Positions 36,051 through 49,756 of a stretch of DNA of 64,000 bases are shown in pieces (the first letter of the stretch is position 1; the number at the start of each line of letters is the position of its first letter). Origin of the DNA: Gekko japonicus (lineage: Eukaryota); contig NW_015174324.1 in the NCBI RefSeq assembly GCF_001447785.1, forward strand, positions 276,004 through 340,003, given 5' to 3'. The notes beneath the pieces were generated by a model. It was not told the DNA's origin. It saw only the letters and a program-made list of their open reading frames with translations, and ran no database searches. The position numbers and the translations under genes are program-made.

Positions 36051-37515
36051 ATCATCACAATCCCATAACTGCAGAACCCCCTACACTCCTGAAGCCTCTG
36101 CAGCATGGCCAGGCTTCACTGTGGATGAAACCAGAGAATCAGGACAGGAATTAAGGACAATAAAATACCATTTCCTGGTGAGGCATCAGGGCCTACAGGA
36201 GAAACTACAGCTCCCATTCACCAGGGCTTTGTTTTGGGACTCTGTGGGATCACCTTACACTGAGACCAAACTAACTGAGCTTTTGTGGCAATAATCTAAC
36301 AATGCTCACTTTTCAGAATCAGGCAAAGTATGAATTTTTATTTCTCGTTCACCTCCCCTTTCTCACTCTCATTCCCCCATACCCTCCCTCCTAGACCCCC
36401 CACTTCTAAGACCTCTTTTCCATAAGCAATGCATCTCCCCCCCACTTCTTCTCCCTTTTGTTCCACCAGCTCGTGGTCACTATGCTGTTCTTGTACTAAG
36501 CTACACAACACTAGCTCGTACTTCTGACCTTCCTTCTCTTGCTTCCCACTTCAAGTTCAAGCTCTCCCCCCACCCCCCATCTGCACCACATGCACAACTG
36601 TGAGTGGCCTCCTTTTGGACAGATTTAGCTTAACACTAACTACTGTTTAAATTACCTTTCCTTGCCTTTCCTGATTTGTGAGTTTCCATCACTGCACTGT
36701 TTTCAAACCTTGCTTCCTTTTCCCAACCTCTCTGTTTATCACTATACTTAAGTTCAGCTGAAAGACACTCTTTCTCATATTTGTTTCCCAAAAAATAATC
36801 CCCAAATGGTTGATAGTTGGGCCATAAACACTACTGTAACTGCTACCTAAAAGTGAAACGGCTGGCCCCCAAGCCAGTGATGGCAACTGTAAAACAAAAC
36901 CTTCAACAGATAAGCAATGGGTTTCTACACACTCACCAGGCATGCAAATAAAATATAACTTTACAAAATCAACCAAACAAAAAAGAACCTGTTCCCCAGA
37001 TGTCCTAATGAAGACTGAGAATGCTCAAGAAAGTTGAGTACAATTAAAAGGAAAACAGAGAAAAATGACTAGTCAAGCCTGTGAAATCTTTCATAACTCC
37101 ATTACGTAACAAATTAGTCTGTCTGCAAGAAATTGCCATATCATTTGTTTTCATATCCACCCCATGTGTGATTTTTTTATCTTCATTTGTCTTCATATCC
37201 AACCTATGTGTGATTCCTCATGGAGCACAGCATGTGAACAATATTACCAAGTTTGCACTGCTTCATGTCCACATGTTGGTTCTTCATTCTGTGACTGTTT
37301 AACTGCTCTTAGAATGTTAGGCATGCTTTTAGTCCATCTCGTTGCATGAAGCTGAGATGCATACTGTACATGGCAGTAGTCCAAAGCCTTAATACATTTT
37401 AGAGGACTTATTTGGGTGGGGTTCTTTAAAAACTTTTTGTGTACTATTACTGGCCTCGACCTCCTACGCATAATCACCCATTCATAACCTCACAGAAGCA
37501 TATTAAGCAGCAGGC

Positions 37516-38049
37516 TATGACACTGAAAATGTATTTTACCAAATATGTGTATTGCCTATTACAGGGGTGTTAAACTCACTTGTTACGAAGGCTGGATTTG
37601 ACATAAATTGGACTTTGTCGGACCGGGCCATATGTGTCATAAAATGTAATGTCAAGTGTTGCCAAGCAGTCCCCCCCCCCCACATATTAACACCAACAGG
37701 TGAAACATGCATTCCTTTCCAGGTTAGAACAAAAGGATGTGCCTGATTAAGATAGTAGCAAGCTATCAAGTCTTCCTGCCGCCCATCGAGATAACACAGC
37801 TCTCAAGCATCTGATCATTAATCCAAAGCACCGGTCCTGCAACCTGAATAGTTCTCTTCATTTCCTCCTTTGTCTTTCCCATTCCTAAGAGGGGTCACTT
37901 CTAGCCAAGCCATTACCTGCAATTGCCCAACCATTACTCCCTTTTCTGCCCAATTCAAAAGTTTAGTTAATATTTTTAGTTAATATTTTAGTTAATATTT
38001 CAGTTTTTAGTTAAGTTTTTAGTTAATATTTCCTGGGGACTGTGTGACA
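37516..38049. mobile_element. Solo LTR with an internal TTTAGTTAATATT mini-repeat
   Basis: Ends in GTGACA; 6-bp TSD gcaggc/acaggc. Confidence 0.55.
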
Positions 38050-38346
38050 ACAGGCAATTGCCTCAGATCATAGCTCAGGTATAAAAAGAGAACACCTAGC
38101 CATCTCTCTCTCTCTCTCTCTCTTTTACCTTTCCTAACCCCACCCTATCTTGCTGATTCCATTCCTTGAGCAGTTTGGGACCTCTCCACATGTCTTGCTG
38201 GTCAACTCACGACCCCTTCCCTCATTTTATCCCTTTTTCACTGCAGAGCCAACTATTAATCTTCCTGCTAATGCAAATGTCTCTGTACTTTTCTCTCTGA
38301 ATTCTTAGTCCTGTATTGTGTGTGTGTGCTTGATTTTATGTCTGTA

Positions 38347-38550
38347 CTAGGAATAAGGCCCGTTGTGGAAATAAATACAATGAGCTCTAGAAAGAAGCTC
38401 TGGGAGAGTGCCAAGGCCTTGGGCACTCAGCGTCAATGTGCTGTGGCAACCTCAGCAGGGTATAATGACATAGAGTCCACCATTTTCTCCAGAGGAACTG
38501 ATCTCTGCTACTTGAAGAGCAGTTGTAATGTTCAGTGATCTCCAGCCCTC
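38347..38550 (-). mobile_element. Helitron 3' end, same family as 4696 and 25565
   Basis: ACTAGGAATAAGGCCCGTTGTGGAAATAAATACAATGAGC: hairpin + CTAG terminus. Confidence 0.7.
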
Positions 38551-38819
38551 ACTGCGTTTTTAGAGGGACAGTGAGACCCCTCTGGCTGAATCTCCCTATT
38601 GGGGATGGAATCCCCAATCTTTGGGGGATCCCTGGAAAGTTGGCAACCCAAGGGTCTGGCCTTTCCTTGCTTCCCTGGGCTACCCCCTCCCTTTAGTATT
38701 GTGCAAAGCAGGGGAGACTATGTGGTCAGAGCACAACACAGATTATTAGCCCAAATTAAGGAATTTATTTAACTATTTACACAGTTGGGGTGGAAATATG
38801 GAGGACCCTTTAAGGTAGT

Positions 38820-39662
38820 GCGTATCATCAACAAAGTGGCTGTTGAACTTGACCTCCCTAAATCTTAGTGTTATCTACATCCTGTATTTCACTATAGGCT
38901 CCTGAAATGGGACCCAGGTCCTTTGCCCTGGGTACACAAGCCTCCAGCTCCGTCTCCTCATCTGGTTGATGGGGAACACCACCATGTTGTTCAGGAGATC
39001 TTGGATTCCCGCTTGTCTCATGGGCAGTTATAGTACCTGATTAAATTGAAAGACTTTGGTCCTGAAGAAAATGAATGGGTTGCATCTAAGCATGTGCGGG
39101 CCCTCACCCTTCTGCGAAGGTTCCATAGACTATATCCCGATAAACCAGGGGGAGGGGGAGTTTAAGGGGAGGCGGTATGTCAGGATCGGACGCCTTTCTT
39201 GGTCAATGCTGGTAACTGTATTGCCCTGTGTTGCTAATACTTACTTTTGCTTTTGTACACCCTGCCCACTTTGCATATCTGCCGGCTTGCTTGTTACCTT
39301 ATCAGTCCTCCATGACATTCCTGAGGAGGGGAGTGTGAGAATGAGTGCCTGGTGGAGTGTGGAGGCGCAGCCCATAATTTTCCCGAAGCTACCCACATAC
39401 GGTTCACAGGTTCCAGCTGGGCCTGTGTCCTTGGGAGCAATAAGACTTGAGACATAGCTAGTTAGGTCGTATATTCTTTCATGACCTGTAGTAAACCTGT
39501 GCGTGTGTGACGTACGACTGAGAGGTGGGGCCCATTCCCCAATTACCAATCCTGTGCTATTGCTTGTTAGTTCTGACAAAGGACCTTACCAGAAGTCCAA
39601 ATCTTACCAATAAACCTTATTAAGGACTACTGAGTGGAGTGTGGCTCCTCTGGGGTCTGACA
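38820..39662 (+). mobile_element. Gypsy 3' fragment: integrase end/chromodomain, PPT, LTR 39178-39662
   Basis: QEILDSR...FGPEENEWV...FHRLYPDKPG; purine tract then TGTCAG...CTGACA. Confidence 0.8.
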
Positions 39663-41405
39663 GTAATGACTCCCACTCATCAGGCCAGACACACACTCAA
39701 TCTGATCTTCATGGCAGAGGTCACACTGCCTCAGTTAGATGAGCTTGTGGAGGACTGGCACAGCTGACTCTCGGCAGCCATTGATGAGATCACTCCCCGA
39801 CACCCTCTGCGCCCTCACTCTAGGCTGGCTCCTTGGTTTACCCAGGAGTTGCGGCTGATGAAGCAAGAGACAGTAGCGGTGCGCCTGTGACAAAGCCACA
39901 TCTTATAGGACATTTATGAGATCCTATGAGATGGCAGTCAAAGCCACTGAGAGTATTATGCAGCCACAAATGCATCTGCGAGCTCATGCCCAGCCCAATT
40001 ATTTAGAATAATTCAGACTATGACTGTTCTGCCACAAGGCATGTGCTGCCTTGAACCATGCCCATCATGGATAATTAAAGCTGGCCGTGATGGGTTTTGA
40101 GATGCCCTAAAGGAGATTATTAACAACTCCATCTCAGAGGGACAGTTCCCTATGGCACTCAAGGAAGCTGTGGTTTATCCCCTCCTGAAAAAGCCATCTC
40201 TGGATCTGGCCGAATTGGCTAATTACCGGCTGGTCTTCAATCTGCCTTATTTGGGCAAAATAATTGAGAGAGCCATGGCAATTCAGCTACAGAGCTTTTT
40301 GGATGACACTTCCATTCTAGATCCTTTCTAGTCCAGTTTCCGCCCAGGCCACAGGACGGACACGGCACTGGTCGCCCTCACAGATTACCTCCGAAGGCAT
40401 CTGGATTGGGACGAATTGGCAGTGACGTTGCTGTTGGACCTGTCAGTGGTGTTTGACATGGGCAACCATCAGTTACTGATCCACTGCCTCGCTGACACTG
40501 AAGTCCAGGGGCCTGCCTTGCAATGGCTGGCTTCCTTCCTTCAGGGTGGCGCTAGGGGAGCAGCTATCCCAAAGACACCCACTGATTTGTGGAGTGCCCC
40601 AAAGGGCAGTGCTGTCCCCAATGTTATTTAACATCTACATGCATCTCCTTGCCCAGATTGCCTGAAGGCTTTGGGCTGGGATGTTACCAGTATGTGGATG
40701 ACACCCAGCTTTATCTGTTGTTGGGCGGCCAGTCTGACTTTACACCAGATCTGGACCGGGCACTGTAAAATACCGAATTCGATTCAAGGTGCTGGTGTTT
40801 ACCTTTAAAGCCCTTTATGGTCAAGGGCCCACATACCTGAGGGAACGCCTTTCCCCACATGTTCCCCAGGGAGCACTGCACTCAGGGTCACAAAACTGAT
40901 TGGCCTCCCAGGTCCTAAAGATGCGAGGCTGGCCACAACCAGAGCCAGGGCCTTCTCAGTGGTGGCTCCATACTGGTGGAATGAGCTCCCAGAAGAGATC
41001 AGGGCCCTCAGGACCTTTTACAGTTCCACAGGGCCTGCAAGATGGAACTATTCCACCAGGCCTTCGACTAAGGAGGCGCACCAAATAACATCAAATAACT
41101 GAGAAGTGGCAGTGCCCTGGTCCTTGGCTTACCAACAACAGCCTGTGCTATTGCCTAAATATGGAGACCAAGACGGGCCAACCACCAATATAGATCATCT
41201 GATAACAGCAGTAGTACTGGTTCTGCCTTCTGTAAGCATTGTTATAAGTACCTGATCACTTACTAGCACTTTATGATAATGTAGAGTTTTATTATTTGCT
41301 TTAAGATTGTATATAATTTGTTACCTATATGTTTAATCGCTTTGTAAGCAGCCCTGAGCCCGCTCCAGCAGGGAGAGCGAGGCATAAATTGAAAAAATAA
41401 ATAAA
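39663..41405 (+). mobile_element. L2-clade LINE, decayed RT region
   Basis: LDPF*SSFRPGH, GVPQ, YVDDTQLY motifs; TGTAAGC.GCCCTGAG...AATAAATAAA tail. Confidence 0.8.
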
Positions 41406-44280
41406 AGTTATTCACAAACTCTTTCGTTTCTTAATAGTTTTCTGCACTGCATCCACAAGTATTTTTCCCCTTGTCCTCTTCTTCCATTGCTTTCTCAACT
41501 CCTTCTAGCATGAGCTGTGCCATGTTGAATCCCACAATATCCATCACCTCTACTTTCATTGTCTCATGTTTTAAGAGGTTAATTATGGGGGTTTTTATTT
41601 TTTTTATTTCATACATATAAGACAAAGACTGAACAGACTTACATAGATACACATTTGGGAAGATTCATTTGTATAGTTTTTTTACATAGTCATTTGACCT
41701 CAAGCTGTAACCAAAGTTTATATCTTTCCCACCTTATGATTTTAATATACATATTTTGCTCATAGTTAAGTATATAGTTCTTATTTCTTTTTATTTCGGT
41801 TGTATGTCTAGGAGTTTTCATACATTATGTTCTTCTATCCATTTATAAAACCTTGACCATGTGTCCTCAAATTCTTCTTTGTTATTTCCTCTGAAGACTG
41901 ACATTAAATTGCCCATCTCTGCTGTTTCCAATATTTTATTTATAACTTCTTCCTTTGAAGTTGTTTTACTTCTTCTCCAATATTTAGCTTATAATATTCT
42001 TGCCACTGTCGCAATATGTATAGTGAGATAAAAATCTTGCTTTTGATAGTTATCTTGTGATATATTCAATAGAAACAATTCTGGTGTATAAGGCACAATA
42101 GTTTCTAACATTTTTTGCAAAATTCCATGTATCCAGCTCCAATATTTGTTAACTTTATCCACCACATATGAAAATATGAACCAACATAGTTTTTACATTT
42201 CCAACAATCATTTGGTAGGTTAGGGTAAAATTTAGCTAATTTATTTGGGGTAATATACCATCTATAAAACATTTTATATATATTTTCATTGTATGAAATC
42301 ACTTTAGTAATCTTTGTATTTGTTTTCCATATACGTGACTATTGGTCTAACTCAATATTATGACCCAGATTTTGTGCCCATTTAACCATACAGTTTTTAA
42401 CTACTTCATCTTGAGTTATGTCTTCTAACATTATTGTATAAAATTTCTTCAACAGCTTAAGAGCAGTATGTAACAGTACCTTATCCATTTCCGTTATATT
42501 TGAATAAAAACCCAATGGCTTGTCTTTAGCAAATCTTAACTCTATTTGTATCCTTTCCCACCAAACTATGTTAATCTCTTGTTCTTTGAGTCTTTCTGTT
42601 GATTTTAATTCATTTTTATTACCAAACAAGTCTTCATATCTCAACGTCTTTGGGGGTTTTTTTTGCAGTAAATTAGGATTTGTAAAAGCTTCAAGTGGTG
42701 AAACCCATTTGGGTGTCTTATTGAACAATAATCTTTTAATACTTTCCTATACCATCAATAAGGATTTCCTAATCAGATGTTGTTTAAAATAGTTGTGTAT
42801 ATCTGATTTTCCATACCACATAAATGCATGCCACCCCAATAATAGATTGTGTACCTCTAAAGTTAATAACCTAGTGTTTTCTAATGTGATCCATTCTTTT
42901 AACCACATCAGTGCTGCCACTCTATAATATAAAAGCCAATCTGGAGTGCGCAAATCCAGCACTTTCTTTGACATCTTGTAAAGCTTTCAGTTTTATTCTT
43001 GGTTTTTTCTTCTGCCATATAAATTGTGACATTACTTTGTCAAGTTCTTTAAAAACTGTTGATTTTGGAGAACTGGTATCGTTTGAAATTTTAAAAAATC
43101 AATCTTGGAAGAATATTAATTTTTATTGTAGCTATTCTACCCATCAAACATATTTGTAGATTTTCCATTTTTCCAAATCTTTTTAATTACTATCATAAAT
43201 TCAGTGTAATTGTCTTTCACCAAAGAGCTACATCTATTTGTTATATTTATTCCTAAATATTTCACTTTCTTTTGTGATTCAAAACCTGATTTTTCTTGTA
43301 GTTGTTGCACTTGGTCCTTAGTCATATTTTTTGTTAGCATTTTTTCTTGGTCAGGTTAATCTTCAATCCCGCTACATAGCCATAATTCAGTAATGTTGTT
43401 AATAACTGTGTAATTGAGTCCAGTGGATTTTCTATGATAAATACCAAGTCATCTGCAAATGCTTGCAGTTTATATTCTTCTCCTCTTATTTTCTCTAATA
43501 TATATATATTCTCTCTAAGCATATTATTCAATATTTCAAATACAGATATAAACAATAGTGGTAAAAGTGGACAACCTTATCAAGTTTCTTTTCTAATTTC
43601 AATGCTTTGTGATAGATCACCATTGATGAGAATCCTAGCTCGTTGTTTAATACAAATTGCTTTGACTACTGTAAAAATTCTTTACCACATTGTGAATCTA
43701 ACAATTGTTCCTACATAAAACTCCAGTTAACATTATCAAATGCTTTTTCAGCATCTAAAAAAATTAAAGTCATCTGTTTCTCTGGATGAGCTTCAAAATA
43801 TTCAATAACATTTTGAACAGTTCTTACATTATTTCTAAGTTGTCTTTTTGGTTAAAAAAACTGCTTGGTCTTGGTGAATTATCTGCATCAATATTTTTTT
43901 CAGTCTTGCAGCTACAATAGCAGTATAGATTTTATAGTCCACGTTTAATAATGAGATTGGTCTGTAGTTTTTAATCTCTTTCTCATCTGAGTTTTGTTTA
44001 TGTATCAAAGTTATTAAGGCTTCATTCGAAGTTTCTGGTGTTCTTCCATCTGTTCTTATACTCTGTATAACATACTTTAAAGGTAATGTCAGTTGGTCTT
44101 CAAACACATGGTAAAATTCTGCTGATATACCATCAGGACTTGGTGTCTTCCCCTTTTTTTTGCTTCAATAATTTCACAGGGTGATACTTGATCGCTTAAG
44201 ATTTTCCTGTTCTTCATTAAATTTATTTAAATTATATTTCTTTTCAAAAATCTTTAATTTCTTCTCGTGTGGCTTCTCCT

Positions 44281-46056
44281 TTTTTTCTTTTTCTTTTATA
44301 ATTTTTAATTTTCCATAGCTACAAGAAAATAAGTAAAGGGAAACTATAAACTACAGAAGAAAGTAAAGATAAACCTCTAAAAACCCAAGAGGTCGTGGTC
44401 ATATAATGATTACAATAAAATAGCTTTAAATAAAAAATAATAATTTGTTACATTGAAAGTAATAGTTAAAGTCACTTAAAAAAATTCCAAGTCCAGGTAT
44501 TCTGACTTAGTAAAAAACAAAACCAAGAACGCTTAAATATTAAGACCAAACTTCAGAGAAAATTGACATCTCATTTGCCTCTTCTTTCCCTCAATTGATA
44601 TCCTTGCTTGGGGGCAGCCGCCCCACGTTCCGAATCTTGAGTCTTCTCCAGAAAGTGTTTCATCATCACTCCCCTTGTTGCTCTTCTCGTCTTCTTCCCC
44701 TGTTGGATCCAATTGTTGCTGCAAAAACTCACGTGCTTTCATAACAGAATCAATTTTTCCCCTCTTATTTTTAAATTTGAAAAGTATGACTTCAAGTACA
44801 ATCCATTTGTAGGAGATATTATTTTGTAGAAACAGCACCAATTCTCTGTATTTCTTCCGTTTTTTCCTTATTTCAAAGGGAATGTCTTTCAGAATTATCT
44901 CGCCATCACTTTTAAAGGTAGTTCCATTTGTTGCTTTTAATATCTGATCCTCATATGTCTTCGGGAGAATCTAACCACCGCCTCACCGGGCAGATTATTT
45001 TTCTTTATGTATTCTGAATATGACCTAGAGATCACACCCATCTCACCTTGAAGAAAATCTACTTTTAAATCTGCAACCAGTCCCAGGGCATCACTCATAG
45101 TCTGTATAAGATTCTCCCCTTTAAACTCAGGAACTCCCTGAAATCTCAGTGTAAAGCTTGCCTTTTCCATTTGAAGCTGTAAAAGCTGGGCTTCATCAGA
45201 ATTTCTCTTCTTTTCCATCTCCTGCATTTGCTTTTTAAGCTTTTTGGTGTTGGCATCCACTTCTTTAGGATTCTCAGCTGTTTGCTCTGCTTTCTTTTTG
45301 GTCTCGTCTAATTGCTGTTGCAGTGCAGCGAAGTTTTGATTGAGTGTCGTCATTTGCTCCAGCAGGGGTCGCAAAGCTTCTGTTAGCATCTTAGAGAAGT
45401 CTATGGTTGCATCCGGTCGCATGACCGCGCTTGCTGGGCTAGCAATTCCTGAAGAAGTCTTAGGTTTCGTTTGCTTATCTTTCTCCATCTTTTTCAGTGA
45501 CATCTTTGAAGCTGTTTAAATTTAGAAAAGTTTGCCCAAAGTCTCTAAAGTCTGCAAGTTGCCTGTAATTCTCTTGTACGTTCCTTACTTTAGTAACATT
45601 TTGCTTTCAGTTCCGCCCCCCTTTAAAAGATATGCTTTAAATCCGTTTTTATTTCCGCAGGGGGGGGTTCCCACCCTCCCTCGCTTATTTTAGGGGAGAC
45701 TTTCAGACATTTCTCTGGTTCTCGTTTCAACCAAACTCACTCTCTATGTAGATCAGATGGATCTCGCCATCAAACGTGTAAAGCGCTCGACCTCCACTCG
45801 CTTGTCCTGGTGTGCGTCTCTGAGTCCAATACTGGAACACAGCAGCAAGACTGTCGGGGCATCAGAATGCCTCAATCCACCGGCACCGTGCTGGGCGAGA
45901 GGCGATCCTCAGCGCGCCATGGGTAGGAACCCATCGCAAGGGCTCCAGGGGGGCATGTACAGTCACACACCCTCTTCTTCCGCTGGCTCCCGGATCGCGT
46001 CCTCGGGAGCTCCCGACAGACGTGTCCGCTATTAGATTGCCACAACTGGAAGTCCA
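44281..46056 (-). mobile_element. ORF1-only L1 derivative (half-L1/HAL1-like) inserted in L1 ORF2
   Basis: Own GGACTTCC 5' end, 5' UTR, ORF1 (45503-about 44533), short 3' UTR and poly(A); TSD tggcttctcct/tggcttttcct. Confidence 0.82.
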
Positions 46057-46680
46057 TGGCTTTTCCTTTTTGATATAACTTTCTATAAAATGTCTCAATT
46101 ATTTTTTTAGGTCATTGAGGGGTTTTTTTTCTTCTCCTTCACCATCCCTTAAAATTTTGTTTTTTATTTTCTTAATTTATATGCTAACCATCTGGTTGGT
46201 TTGTTAGCATTTTCAAAAAAGTTTTGTTTCGCATATGTAATTTTTTTGGCTATTTCTTCTGCCAGCAGACAATTCATTTGGTGTTGTAAAAACTTTAGTT
46301 TCATTCTTAAGTATTCAACTAAAGTATCTTGCTTCAAATTTTCTTCCTCTTTCCTAATCTGTTCCTTAATTTGCAGGAATTTTTCCATCTTATGTATTAG
46401 GAAGTTCGTTTCCCTGTTTTTGTTTTCCAGTAGTTGTCTTTCTATCTGAGAGTCTATCAAAAACAGCATTATAAGTCTCCAATCAGACAAATTTAATCAT
46501 AGTTGTGTTCAGAAATAGGTTCATGGAGTAGTTTAAAATTTTTTCCTTGGTGTTGGTTGGGTGCATATATATTTATAATTAAGAGTTATTTTAACTTGTC
46601 TTTGAACTTGGACTATCAAAATTCTCCCATCTTCAGAACTGTATAATAATTCTGGATGTAAACGTTCTTTAATGTTACCT

Positions 46681-47246
46681 CATAGAATCATAGAATGTTA
46701 GAATTGGAAGGGACCTTGAAGGTCATCTAGTCCACCCCCCTGCACTCTATAGGAGTGTAGCCGAAAGATAGCCCTACAACATACCCAAAAGATGGTTGTC
46801 CAGCCTCCGCTTAAAAACGTCCAGCCAAGGGGCATCCACCACCTCCCAAGGCAGTCTGTTCCACTACTCAACCACTCTTGAAGTTAGGAAGTTTCTCCTG
46901 ATATTTAGCCGGTAACGACTCCCTTGTAATTTCCACCCATTAGATATAGTCTTGTAATCCGGAGCAAGAGAGAATAGATCTGCTTTATCTTCTACATGAC
47001 AGCCCTTCAGATATTTGAAGACTGCAATCATGTCCCCTCTAAGCCTTCTCTTTCCCAGGCTAAACATACCCAACTCTTTCAGCCTTTCCTCATAAGACTT
47101 GGATTCCAACCCTCTCACCATCCTGGTTGCCCTCTTCTGGACACACTCGAGCTTGTCAACATTCTTCCTAAAATGTGGTGCCCAAAACTGGACACAGTAA
47201 TCCAGGGGAGGCCTGACCAAAGCAGAATAGAGCGGAACTACACCTT
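46681..47246 (-). mobile_element. CR1 3' fragment
   Basis: YCVQFWAPHF, RRLRGDMIAVFKY motifs; CATAGAAT tail. Confidence 0.92.
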
Positions 47247-49456
47247 CCCCCCCCCTTTATCTGAAGATATAAGATTTTTTCCAAGTTTTTTATATTCCAA
47301 ATATTTTGATCTGAATATCTTTTATGAGTCTCTTGTATAACATCCAGTTGCATCTTCTTCAGTTGTTGAAAGATCAGTCTTCTTTTTTGGGGTGCATTTA
47401 ATCAGTTAAGATTGACTGAGATGATCTTTATTTTTCCTCTATCCATCTTTATTCTGGGTTTTGTTATCATTTTTGTTCTTCATCTTAAATCTTGTAACCA
47501 TCTGGGGTACAGTATTTGTTCCAGTTGTTGTAGTTGTTCCAATTGCTTCTTGTTGGTCCTCTTCAATTGACTCTTCTTTGTTAGCTTCTGTTTGTTCCTC
47601 CTCTGTCTTCAGATCATCGCCATATGTTTTAATAAATTCTTTCACTTTAAATATAGAGTTGATTCTATGTCTTTTCCCTCTGTAAGTAAAAAGGAGGACC
47701 TCTGGAAGTATGTAATTTCATTCTTTCTAAGGATGCTTGCAAGTTCTGTGTAGTCTCTCCTTTTCTCTCTCACCCTCCTTTAAGATTTTTATTTGTCTCA
47801 TCTATTTGGAAAGGTGTTTCGCTTGTCACATTGAGGACAGCATCTCTTATTGTTCTTTTGTTAAATCTCACATGCACTTCTCTTGGCAATCTGTCTCCTT
47901 GCATAGGCAGAGTTCATTCTATAGGCCATGTCAATTTCATTATATATTTCATCTGGATTCTCTGCACCCATATAAGCAGCAAGTGCTTGTGTCATATCAA
48001 TTTTCAAATCTTCATCTTTTTTCTCTAGTACATTCTGAAATCTTAAGAATATATGCTGTTTTGTGAAGTTCTAGCTTGATGAGAGCCTCCTCCATAGAAT
48101 TTTGTTTTGATACTACTTTCTGTACCTTAAATTGCATTTTTTCAGGTTTGTCTTCCATCTGCTTAACTGCTTTAGCCAAAGTGGACATCTCTTGTCTATT
48201 TTCCATAAGTTGCTTTTGTACTTCTGTCATCTGCTGTGTCATCTGTTGTGACAAGGAGTACAATTTAGTTTGCATAAGATGAACAGCTGCAGTTACAGCA
48301 TCTTGAATCAAAGTTTGTAAACCTTTTGCTGAAATCTGTGCCAAGCTGGTAGTTACTGATTTACCTTGACTAGGAGATGAAGATTGGGGGGGGGGGTTTT
48401 CCTTTCTTATCAATGGCCTGTATTGTACCTTTAACCTACTACACACCTCTATAATGAGTGCTCCATATGTAAAAAAGAAGCTCCCTTTAGTTGCCCATAA
48501 ACACCCTCCCAGTCAATGTAATCACAAGAAACAGTTATCAGCCATTTGCATTACACTCTGCACAGACTGTACCTTAAAAGCAACAACATATAACCTTCAA
48601 AGACATAACAGTTCCAAGTTTAGAACCTATCTCAAATGGAGGTGATGTATAGAAAGTAAAAGTAAGTTCCCACCAAGTCCGGGTGTCTTCCTTTTCTTTC
48701 TTCTTTTATAACAAACAACACAGTCACTTTATCTTTAATTTGTATTTGTATTCCAAATAAAGGATTAAAATAAACTGTAACCTGATTTGGTATCTTCAAA
48801 GGGATAAGAATAAAATAATCTTTTTTTCCTCAGTTCAAATTGTAATCCCAAAGGAGGCTTTAATAAAACCAGAACTTATCCCAACGTTCTAATATTGTAA
48901 TCCACAACAGCACAATAAATCAAATAGCAGTTGAAAAGTAGAGTATTATAACAAGGAAAAAATCCCAGACATCCACTGTTTCCTCCTCTTCTAGCCCTTG
49001 AAGAAAAACACTCCAAATGCCAAGTTCTATGATTCTTTGCTAAGCCACTTCATAGAGGGAGGGGGGAGAAAATTTTCTTTCCATCCTTCCATTCTTTTTT
49101 AAGTCTCCTTGAAAGGACTATAATATCAAAATCTCTTCGAGTTGCGATGCTTTATAGAGTACTCACAGTGATAAGGTTAGTTGTGACTTCAGATGAGGTC
49201 TGCTACTTCCCTCCATCCTGGTGGAGGATCACAGTTACGCTCATTTGGATTTGTGCTTGAGGGCGATCTTGGACTCAATTCGTTTGCCGCCACTTACAGA
49301 GAGTCCAAGATCAAGCCCCCTGCTTGGGCTCCTCTCCAGGGAGCCCAGGGGGTTCAAGATTGTTTTGAACCCCTTCCAAATCCAATGATCTGGCACAGCT
49401 CTTCAGGAGATCTCCCGGAGCTGGTCTGCTGCCACTGCACCAAAAAACGGAAGTCC

Positions 49457-49756
49457 TAAATCCAAGTAAATTATGTTTCTATACTTTGTGGAAGATTTCA
49501 CCAAATCATTTTTACTCTTAGGAACAAAGTCCTTAAAGTACTTCATAACTAAACTGAAAACAATTTGTCTTCTCACTGGGAAGTCATCATGTTTCCCCAA
49601 AAATGCAGTGATGAAAATGGAAAAACACAATCTGCATTCACAAAAAACAAAGAAATACTGACTTTACTGACCAATTTTTTTAAAAAAACTGACAAATTAC
49701 TGACCAGGATGAAAAAACGGACTTTTACTGATTTTACTGACCATATTTCATCCCTG
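49457..49756 (-). mobile_element. hAT transposon 5' end
   Basis: TIR CAGGGATGAAA (minus, 49756-49746), the Ac-type TIR; repeated TTACTGAC subterminal motifs. Confidence 0.55.

Larger units (their letters stand above)
41592..49456 (-). mobile_element. Near full-length degenerate L1 (5' GGACTTCCG, ORF1 about 48446-47439, ORF2 about 47430-41790), interrupted by a CR1 and a half-L1
   Basis: ORF2 motifs NYRPISLLNVDYKI, AFADDL, VKYLGI, MFYRWYITP, CWKC...HMWW; poly(A) at about 41592-41610. Confidence 0.92.
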
